Shown here: positions 8,845 through 15,597 of the stretch, piece after piece
How positions within the stretch are numbered: the stretch's first letter is position 1
Layout: every line of letters starts with the position of its first letter
From: Oligoflexales bacterium
GTDB taxonomy: Bacteria; Bdellovibrionota_B; Oligoflexia; Oligoflexales; CAIYRB01
Direction of reading: 5' to 3'
Length of the DNA: 16,104 bases
NCBI GenBank assembly: GCA_041736175.1
Contig: JBGSUI010000047.1
Coordinates: 1 to 16,104, forward strand
Position numbers and translations under genes: made by a program
Notes under the pieces: model-generated
Database searches by the model: none
The model's input: only the letters and a program-made list of their open reading frames with translations
What the model was told of the DNA's origin: nothing

Positions 8845-9724
8845 AGACTTGGCGCTTCTTTTCTTCGGGATCGGTTGGAAGTGGAGGCGGCAACTCGGGG
8901 GTATAGTCCGTATAACATCCCGTCGTCACACCACCTAAGGAGCTGACGTTTTTGCAGTCGACAGTGCCACTCTTGGGCTCTTTGACCCATTGGACCACGA
9001 TGCGTTTTTTGTCTTGAGACTGGCCACAGGAGATGAGTTTAGCTCCAGTGCCGGGCGCGTCTTTGAGGACCGGAGTGAGGAGGTCAGCCTTGGTGAGCTC
9101 GGCGGTGACGGTGTTCCAATCACAGGTAAACTCAGCCTTTCGAATCGCTACACAGGTCTTAGAATCAAAATCCCAGGTTTTACCTTGGTCGAAGCATTCT
9201 TTAATAGGCCCAGTCCATTGGAACTCCACCTTGTCACCTTTGACGCAAGGTGCCGTGTCCCAGTTTTCGGTTCCAGTCGTGATCGGATTTTGAGTCGAGA
9301 CATCATCCGAAGTGCCAAACTTGCCATCAGGACCGGCTAAGACTGTTTTATCATCAGAGGTCCCAAACTTGCCGTCGGGGCCTGGAAAGGTGGCGGTATC
9401 GTCGGTGGTTCCCATTTGATTGTCTTTGCCTGGGAGTTGGACATAGTCATCGCTGGTCCCAAGGACTCCGTCTTCGCCAGGCTGTTGTTTACCGGTATTG
9501 AGGAGGTCTTCGACGCTCTTGATATCATTAGGGTTTGTGGCAGAGGTGTTTGCTCCAGCACCGGTGCCGGTGCCTGTTCCGTTTTTGCTATTGGCATCGT
9601 CGGCGGCGTCTCGGGCACCATTGTTGCCCCCAAACTGGGCCTTGGAGCAAGCAATCATCCCAAAACTTCCACCTAAACATCCAATGGTTAAAGAGATGAT
9701 GTAGTATCTTTTAAAGTTTTCCAA
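8822..9724 (-). CDS. Hypothetical lipoprotein with four GxDxxxGTxDD repeats and an 8-Cys C-terminal domain
   Basis: TTG start with GGAGG RBS at 9731-9735. Lipobox-like MIAC, Gly/Thr/Asn linker, four 16-aa acidic repeats, and eight Cys in the C-terminal half. Confidence 0.85.
   Translation of the reverse strand: MENFKRYYIISLTIGCLGGSFGMIACSKAQFGGNNGARDAADDANSKNGTGTGTGAGANTSATNPNDIKSVEDLLNTGKQQPGEDGVLGTSDDYVQLPGKDNQMGTTDDTATFPGPDGKFGTSDDKTVLAGPDGKFGTSDDVSTQNPITTGTENWDTAPCVKGDKVEFQWTGPIKECFDQGKTWDFDSKTCVAIRKAEFTCDWNTVTAELTKADLLTPVLKDAPGTGAKLISCGQSQDKKRIVVQWVKEPKSGTVDCKNVSSLGGVTTGCYTDYTPELPPPLPTDPEEKKRQVYGCLNKL
9302..9481 (-). repeat. Intragenic 48-bp (16-aa) tandem repeat, 4 units
   Basis: PGEDGVLGTSDDYVQL / PGKDNQMGTTDDTATF / PGPDGKFGTSDDKTVL / AGPDGKFGTSDD. 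Confidence 0.9.
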
Positions 9725-9760
9725 GGGTCCCCTCCAAAGAAAAGTTAACCGTCTAAAGTG

Positions 9761-9788
9761 TTATCGGTCGTTCCTTGAGGAAACTTTA
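9761..9788 (-). promoter_or_regulatory. Sigma-28 (FliA)-type promoter upstream of the 9724 lipoprotein operon
   Basis: Minus strand reads TAAAGTTT-N12-ACCGATAA versus the consensus TAAAGTTT-N11-GCCGATAA. It ends 36 nt before the start codon and upstream of the RBS. Confidence 0.7.
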
Positions 9789-9852
9789 GGGATTTAGCAA
9801 TGGGGAACTAAAAACCATCATAAAGATTGGATGGGTACATGCAGTGATCGAC

Positions 9853-10161
9853 TCAACCTTTGAGTTCTAAACAGGTTGGAAAGATGGCCAAGAGAAACGG
9901 ATCTTCTTTGAGTTGAGAGTCGGATGCCAGGGTGAGATCTATTTTTTGTTCTCCAATCTCTTCATGAAGGCTAGTGAGGAGGTTTAGTTTAATCTCAAAG
10001 GTGTTACCAAGAGGCTCCTCAGGAACAACTATCAGTAGGTCGATATCTCCCCCTCTTTTTTGGTGATTGACCCGACTGCCATAGAGGTAAACTCGCCCGT
10101 TAGGAACTAATCGCCGTGACACCTTAAGGATACCGTCAATTTCTGTAGGACTAAGACGCAT
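9853..10161 (-). CDS. Minimal nucleotidyltransferase (MNT), MntA-like antitoxin
   Basis: MRLSPTEI start typical of the family (preferred over the longer 10212 start). VYLYGSRVNHQKRGGDIDLL nucleotidyltransferase motif and EQKIDL third Asp. Start overlaps the HEPN gene end. Confidence 0.9.
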   Translation of the reverse strand: MRLSPTEIDGILKVSRRLVPNGRVYLYGSRVNHQKRGGDIDLLIVVPEEPLGNTFEIKLNLLTSLHEEIGEQKIDLTLASDSQLKEDPFLLAIFPTCLELKG

Positions 10162-10576
10162 TTTTTTTGATTTCTTGCAAGATAATGGGAGTGGCTTGAT
10201 AAACATAAGCAAAAAGATTTTCCAAATCTTTTTCGGTATATTCGTGGACTATGCGGTTTCTGACCCCTCTGTAGGCGAGCCAAAGCTTAGAGTCATGAAT
10301 CACGTTTAATTTTTCCCCTACATGCAGATAGTCTCGCAAAGTTCCGTCGAATCCTGGATCCTGTTCTAACACCACAGCTCGCAAATACTTGGATACGAAC
10401 AGATCGACGACTCGTGAAAAGCGCGCCGTTAGGCCTTCCCATACTTCGAGTTCGTCACTGGTTAAACCGTCAATCTTTGGTGAAAGTGTTTTAGCTTTTT
10501 GAAAGCTATGCTCCAAGTGGAAGGCTGCCTTTGTGAGCTGAAGCCGATATTTTTCTTTTAGGTGTTCCGCATTCAA
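10151..10576 (-). CDS. HEPN-domain protein (HI0074/nucleotidyltransferase substrate-binding family), HepT-like RNase toxin
   Basis: RNRIVHEY matches the RX4HXY motif. ARFSRVVDL helix motif. Adjacent to MNT. TTG start with GGGAG RBS at 10585-10589. Confidence 0.9.
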   Translation of the reverse strand: MNAEHLKEKYRLQLTKAAFHLEHSFQKAKTLSPKIDGLTSDELEVWEGLTARFSRVVDLFVSKYLRAVVLEQDPGFDGTLRDYLHVGEKLNVIHDSKLWLAYRGVRNRIVHEYTEKDLENLFAYVYQATPIILQEIKKNAS

Positions 10577-10591
10577 AGTCTCAACTCCCGT

Positions 10592-12397
10592 CTAATCTTC
10601 ATCGAGGGATAGGATGGCCATAAAAGCATCCTGAGGTATTTCGACCCGGCCCACAGATTTCATCCGTTTCTTGCCTTCTTTTTGCTTTTCGAGGAGCTTT
10701 CTCTTACGTGAAATATCACCCCCGTAGCATTTTGCAGTTACGTCTTTCCTAAGGGCCGAGACCGTCTCCCTTGCCACCACTTTGCTGCCGATGGCAGCCT
10801 GGAGGGCGATTTGGAACATCTGCCGGGGGAGGATGTCTTTGAGCTTTTTACAGAGACTTCGCCCGCGGATGGCTGCCGTGGTTCGGTGCACGATACAGGA
10901 GAGGGCATCGATGGGCTCGCCGTTGACAAGGACATCGAGTTTGACCAAGTCACCCTCGCGGTAATCTAAAAGTTCGTAGTCCATGGAAGCATAGCCACGG
11001 GAGATGCTCTTGAGTTTGTCGTGGAAATCAAAAATCATCTCGTTCATGGGGATTTCATAGTGGAGTTTGATTCGTTTAGTCTGGGTATACTCCATCCCTT
11101 TTTGGATGCCACGGCGTTCGGTCAATAGCTTAAGAAGACCTCCCAGATACTCTTCGGGAGTATGCACGTTGAGAGTCGCATAGGGCTCTTCGATTTTGAG
11201 GATCTTAGTGGTCTCAGGCATCTTTGCCGGGTTTTCGATCTTGACCATTTTTTCCATGGTGTCAAACACATGATAGACCACGGTAGGAGCGGTAAAGATC
11301 AGGTCGAGATTATACTCCCGCTCGAGACGTTCTTGGACGATATCCATATGGAGAAGACCTAAAAACCCGACTCGAAACCCCATCCCAAGGGCACTGGAGC
11401 TCTCCACTTCGTAAATTAAAGACGAGTCGTTGAGCTGGAGTTTTTCCAGAGAGTCTTTAAGAACCAGATACTCCCCTGTATCAACGGGAAAGATCCCGCC
11501 AAAAACCATTTGTTTAGCCGGGCGAAACCCGCCTAGGGGGCTTTGAGCTGGGGTATGGGCATCCGTGATGGTGTCGCCAACGCGGGTGTCGGCGACAGCT
11601 TTGATGGAGCCTGCGATCACACCGACTTCGCCGCTCCCCATGGTGACCACATCGATGATCTTAGGGGAGAGCTTGCCGAGTTTAAGGACTTCAAAAACCT
11701 TGCCGCTAGACATCATCTGAATCTTTTGGCCCTTGGTCAGGGTTCCCGCCACCACCCGCACCAGCGAGACAGCTCCCAAGTAGGAATCAAACCAGCTATC
11801 AAAAATAAGCGCCTGGAGTGGTCCTGTGTTTTGGTTTTGAGGGGCTGGGATCCTCGTCACGATGGCTTCCAAGATGTCCTTGATCCCGATCCCGGCCTTA
11901 GCGCTGGCTAAAACAGCACCGGAGGAGTCTATGGCGAGTTCTTCTTCGATCTCGCCCATCACCTTTTCTGGATCTGCGCTTGGCAGGTCGATTTTATTGA
12001 TGACTGGAATCAGGGTGAGCTGACAGGCCATGGCGAGTTGGACATTAGCGACCGTCTGGGCCTCGACCCCCTGGCTGGCATCCACAACCACTAAGGCCCC
12101 CTCGCAAGCAGCGAGGCTCCGTGAGACTTCGTAGCTAAAGTCCACATGTCCCGGTGTATCGATAAGGTTAAAGAGGTAGGTTTTACCATCAAGGGCCTTA
12201 TACCGCATGGAACAGGTCTGGGCTTTGATGGTGATGCCCCGCTCTCTCTCCAGATCCATACTATCGAGGACTTGGCTTCGCATCTCCCTTTGGGAGAGGG
12301 TGCCCGTAAATTCGATAATCCGATCGGCCAAGGTGGACTTGCCGTGATCGATATGGGCAATGATGCAAAAATTTCTGATAAGATCTGGATTTTCCAT
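10592..12397 (-). CDS. lepA: Elongation factor 4 (LepA), ribosomal back-translocase GTPase
   Basis: [72 protein letters not shown] and [30 protein letters not shown]. 601 aa, full length. Confidence 0.99.
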   Translation of the reverse strand: MENPDLIRNFCIIAHIDHGKSTLADRIIEFTGTLSQREMRSQVLDSMDLERERGITIKAQTCSMRYKALDGKTYLFNLIDTPGHVDFSYEVSRSLAACEGALVVVDASQGVEAQTVANVQLAMACQLTLIPVINKIDLPSADPEKVMGEIEEELAIDSSGAVLASAKAGIGIKDILEAIVTRIPAPQNQNTGPLQALIFDSWFDSYLGAVSLVRVVAGTLTKGQKIQMMSSGKVFEVLKLGKLSPKIIDVVTMGSGEVGVIAGSIKAVADTRVGDTITDAHTPAQSPLGGFRPAKQMVFGGIFPVDTGEYLVLKDSLEKLQLNDSSLIYEVESSSALGMGFRVGFLGLLHMDIVQERLEREYNLDLIFTAPTVVYHVFDTMEKMVKIENPAKMPETTKILKIEEPYATLNVHTPEEYLGGLLKLLTERRGIQKGMEYTQTKRIKLHYEIPMNEMIFDFHDKLKSISRGYASMDYELLDYREGDLVKLDVLVNGEPIDALSCIVHRTTAAIRGRSLCKKLKDILPRQMFQIALQAAIGSKVVARETVSALRKDVTAKCYGGDISRKRKLLEKQKEGKKRMKSVGRVEIPQDAFMAILSLDED

Positions 12398-12464
12398 GGA
12401 TTGGTCCTAGTGGTCGAAGATATCTTAACCTGCCCTCTAGGAATACCACGCCCGCTCGGAAGGC

Positions 12465-12491
12465 TCAATCTTTCTCCTGATATACCGAAAG
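12465..12491 (+). promoter_or_regulatory. Possible sigma-28-like promoter for the RCC1-repeat gene
   Basis: TCAA-N15-ACCGAAAG in the lepA/RCC1 divergent spacer. Spacing is right but both boxes are degenerate. Confidence 0.35.
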
Positions 12492-12627
12492 GTCTGACCC
12501 ATTGATCTCTGATGTTTGCCCACAAACACCCTCTCACGATCAATCAATTGTAAGGCTTTCTAAATAAACGCCTATCCTATAAACTTAAAATTCTGATCCA
12601 TCACAATCCAGTAGGAGGGAATTAATC

Positions 12628-14970
12628 ATGAGCACACCCCCAAAAAATCCCGAAGGCACGGACCCTCTTAAGGTCAGTGAGCAAAAAGCGGAGCAAGACA
12701 TCGGTCAGGCGGACGTCTCTGGCTCATCACGCCGAGATTTTGTTGGCGTGTTCCCTAAAGCGGCTTTAGGGGCGTGGATCTCGGGCCTCACCGAGAGAGG
12801 GTACGCCTTTAATCAGTTGATGTTTCTGAGGCCTAAGAAGAAGCCACCTGCTGAAATTTATGGAATATGGGCTTTTGGTATGAACAATCACGGCCAGCTG
12901 GGCCTAGGCGATACGACAATGCGCAGTAGCCCTGTTCTGGTGGGGACTTTAAGCTCCTGGAGTGAGCTAGCGGGGGGACAATACCACACTGTAACTCGCC
13001 GCGCAGACGGCACCTTATGGGCTTTTGGCCATAACGGTTATGGCCAGCTGGGCCTAGGCGACAAGGTTTACCGCAGTAGCCCTGTGCAGGTGGGGACTTT
13101 ATCTTCCTGGAGTGAGGTGGCAGGGGGATACTTCCACACCATAGCGCGCCGCACAGATGGCACCCTATGGGCTGTTGGCCATAATGGTTACGGCCGGTTG
13201 GGCCTTGGCATTACGGCAAGCCGCAGTAGCCCCGTCCAGGTGGGGACTTTAAGCTCCTGGTGTGAGGTAGCGACGGGATTCTACCACACCATAGCGCGCC
13301 GCACAGACGGCACCCTATGGACTTTTGGCTACAACAATTCCGGCCAGCTAGGTCTTGGCAACACGGCACACCGCAGTAGCCCCGTGCAAGTGGGGACTTT
13401 AAGCTCTTGGAGTGAGGTGGCGGGGGGACACATCCAAACCGTTGCTCGCCGCTCAGACGGAACCCTTTGGGGTTTTGGCTATAACGCCTATGGCCAGCTG
13501 GGCCTAGGCAATACGGCAAACTGCAGTAGCCCTGTCCAGGTGGGAACTTTAAGCTCTTGGAGCGAGGTGGCGCGGGGACAATACCACACCATGGCGCGCC
13601 GCACAGACGGCACCCTATGGGCTTTTGGCAATAACAGTAACGGCCAGCTGGGTCTAGGCAATACGGCAAACTGCAGTAACCCGGTGCAAGTGGGAACTTT
13701 AAGCTCTTGGAGTGAGGTAGCTGCGGGATGGTTCTGCACCATGGCGCGCTGCACAGATGGCACCCTATGGACTTTTGGTGGAAACTCTAACGGCCAGCTG
13801 GGCCTGGGGGACACGGCAGACCGCAGTAGCCCCGTGCAGGTGGGGACTTCAAGTTCTTGGGTGGAAGTGGTGGGGGGATCTCACCACACCATCGCCCGCA
13901 CCGGGCCGACCCGCTTCACTATGTGGGCTTTTGGTTCGAACCATCGCGGCCAGCTGGGCCTTGGCGATGTGACCCCCCGCAGTAGCCCAGTCCAGGTGGG
14001 AAGTCTTAGCAGCTGGAGTGAGGTGGTGGGCGTGGGCGCCCATGTCCTTGGCAGAAGGATCGACGGGACCCTGTGGGCTTTTGGCATAAACAATTACGGA
14101 CAACTTGGGCTGGGGGATACGACTGACCGCTCAAGCCCCGTGCAGGTTGGAAGTTTAAGCAGCTGGGCTGAGCTGGCGGGGGGTAGCTCTCATACCCTAG
14201 GAATAAGGACTGACAGAACCCTTTGGACTTTTGGGAGGAACACTGACGGACAGCTTGGTTTGGGGGTCATAACTCACCGTTCAAGCCCCACCCAAGTAGG
14301 TAGTTTAAGCAGCTGGGCTGAGCTGGCGGGGGGATGGGGCCATTCTCTATGTAGAAGAACTGACGGGACCCTGTGGGCTTTTGGGTACAACTATTTGGGC
14401 GAGCTTGGGGTGGGAAACCGGATTTGGTACTCAAGCCCGGTCCAGGTAGGAAATTTAAGCAGCTGGGTTGAGTTGGCGGTGGGAGACAATCATACCCTAG
14501 CAAGAAGAACTGACGGGACCCTATGGGCTTTTGGGGGTAACTACTATGGCCAGCATGGGGGGGGAAACACAATTTACCGCTCAAGCCCCGTTCAAGTGGG
14601 AAGTTTGAGCAGTTGGATTGAAGTGGCGGCTGGAGGCCTCCATTCGCTTGCGCGACGCACCGACGGGACCCTGTGGGCTTTTGGGCATAACGCTTATGGC
14701 CAGCTTGGGGTGGGGAACACAATTAACCGCTCAAGCCCCGTTCAAGTGGGAAGTTTGAGCAGTTGGATTGAAGTAGCGGCGGGATACTACCATACGCTTG
14801 CTAGACGGACCGACGGGACCCTGTGGTCTTTTGGGTGGAACCAATATGGCCAGCTCGGAGTGGGGGACTCGAATAACCGATCCGCCCCTACACAGGTGGG
14901 TAGCCTCAGCAATTGGGTAAGTCTCAGTTTCAGCAGCCATGGAAGCTTTACGATCGCACTGAAGTCTTGA
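12628..14970 (+). CDS. RCC1/BLIP-II repeat protein (14 repeats, predicted tandem 7-bladed beta-propellers) with twin-arginine-like leader
   Basis: AGGAGG RBS at 12613-12618. SRRDFV motif at residues 34-39. Fourteen 50-aa units of consensus GTLWAFGxNxxGQLGLGxxxxRSSPVQVG(T/S)LSSWxEVAGGxxHTxARRTD. Confidence 0.95.
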   Translation: MSTPPKNPEGTDPLKVSEQKAEQDIGQADVSGSSRRDFVGVFPKAALGAWISGLTERGYAFNQLMFLRPKKKPPAEIYGIWAFGMNNHGQLGLGDTTMRSSPVLVGTLSSWSELAGGQYHTVTRRADGTLWAFGHNGYGQLGLGDKVYRSSPVQVGTLSSWSEVAGGYFHTIARRTDGTLWAVGHNGYGRLGLGITASRSSPVQVGTLSSWCEVATGFYHTIARRTDGTLWTFGYNNSGQLGLGNTAHRSSPVQVGTLSSWSEVAGGHIQTVARRSDGTLWGFGYNAYGQLGLGNTANCSSPVQVGTLSSWSEVARGQYHTMARRTDGTLWAFGNNSNGQLGLGNTANCSNPVQVGTLSSWSEVAAGWFCTMARCTDGTLWTFGGNSNGQLGLGDTADRSSPVQVGTSSSWVEVVGGSHHTIARTGPTRFTMWAFGSNHRGQLGLGDVTPRSSPVQVGSLSSWSEVVGVGAHVLGRRIDGTLWAFGINNYGQLGLGDTTDRSSPVQVGSLSSWAELAGGSSHTLGIRTDRTLWTFGRNTDGQLGLGVITHRSSPTQVGSLSSWAELAGGWGHSLCRRTDGTLWAFGYNYLGELGVGNRIWYSSPVQVGNLSSWVELAVGDNHTLARRTDGTLWAFGGNYYGQHGGGNTIYRSSPVQVGSLSSWIEVAAGGLHSLARRTDGTLWAFGHNAYGQLGVGNTINRSSPVQVGSLSSWIEVAAGYYHTLARRTDGTLWSFGWNQYGQLGVGDSNNRSAPTQVGSLSNWVSLSFSSHGSFTIALKS
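12862..14967 (+). repeat. Intragenic 150-bp tandem repeat array, 7 + 7 units
   Basis: The conserved TGG codon recurs at 12868, 13018, 13168, 13318, 13468, 13618, 13768, then after one 156-bp step at 13924, 14074, 14224, 14374, 14524, 14674, 14824. Confidence 0.97.
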
Positions 14971-15212
14971 GGGACTATGTTAAAAGCGCAGGCTCATTAG
15001 TATTGCGTTTCACGCCCATTGACGCGGTCCGTTTCAGTTCTGTTGGCCCAAAAATATAACTTAATAAATTATTTTTTTGAGGCTAGCAGTGATGACGGAA
15101 ACGTCAAGCATTGAAAGATCAAGCGGATAATCCGTAAAAGTTGAACAAATTGATATGACGGTATCTTTTTTTCATTTAGAAGCATGGACATATATTGAGC
15201 CCAAAACCATTT

Positions 15213-15580
15213 CGAGTTTAATGACTTCGAAAACCTTGCCGCAAGACATCATCTGAATCTTTTGGCCCTTGGTCAGGGTTCCCGCCACCACCCGCACCAG
15301 CGAGACACCTCCCAAGTAGAAATCAAACCAGCTATCAAAAATAAGCGCCTGGAGGGGTCCTGTGTTTTGATTTTTAGGGGCTGGAATCCTTGTCACGACC
15401 GCTTCCAAGATTACTTTGATCCCAATCCCAGCTTTGGCGCTGGCCAAAACCGCACCGGAGGAGTCGATGGCAAGCTCTTCTTCGATCTCCCCTTCACCCT
15501 CTCAGGGTCTGCGCTCGGAAGGTCGATCTTATTGATGACGGGAATCAGGGTGAGCTGACAGGCCATGGCGAGTTGGACAT
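15213..15580 (-). pseudogene. lepA: Internal lepA fragment (codons ~118-241), frameshifted; direct repeat of 11677-12045
   Basis: Manual alignment to 11677-12045 gives about 34 substitutions plus a 1-bp deletion near 15493 (roughly 90% identity). No lepA start or C-terminal domains. ORF-track entry 15172..15447 is part of this fragment. Confidence 0.95.
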
Positions 15581-15597
15581 CGCCCCGTCGCGTCCCT

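Noticed and set aside
10162..10212. Longer N-terminus for the MNT gene as in the ORF track
   Set aside because: It would overlap HEPN by 62 bp; the ATG at 10161 gives the family-typical MRLS start with a short coupling overlap.
10738..12543. Short ORFs overlapping lepA on either strand, and similar ones over the other long genes
   Set aside because: Fully explained as shadows of well-supported genes; no recognisable domains.
14557..14564. G8 run in RCC1 unit 12 as a phase-variation tract
   Set aside because: Short, in frame, and explained by a single GTG to GGG change within Gly codons; no sign of slippage in one sequence.
13211..14940. Several minus-strand and alternate-frame ORFs over the RCC1 gene
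   Set aside because: Shadow ORFs produced by a GC-rich, stop-poor repeat; no independent motifs.
12862..14967. 150-bp periodic array as a CRISPR or non-coding repeat array
   Set aside because: Units are whole in-frame 50-codon RCC1 blades with no unique spacers, and no cas genes are present.
15088..15106. GTGATGA...GAAA as a hammerhead ribozyme core
   Set aside because: Lacks the CUGAUGA consensus, has no room for stem II, and flanking stems are not evident.
15172..15447. 91-aa ORF as an independent functional gene
   Set aside because: It is the post-frameshift part of the lepA fragment plus 14 unrelated codons, with no credible start.
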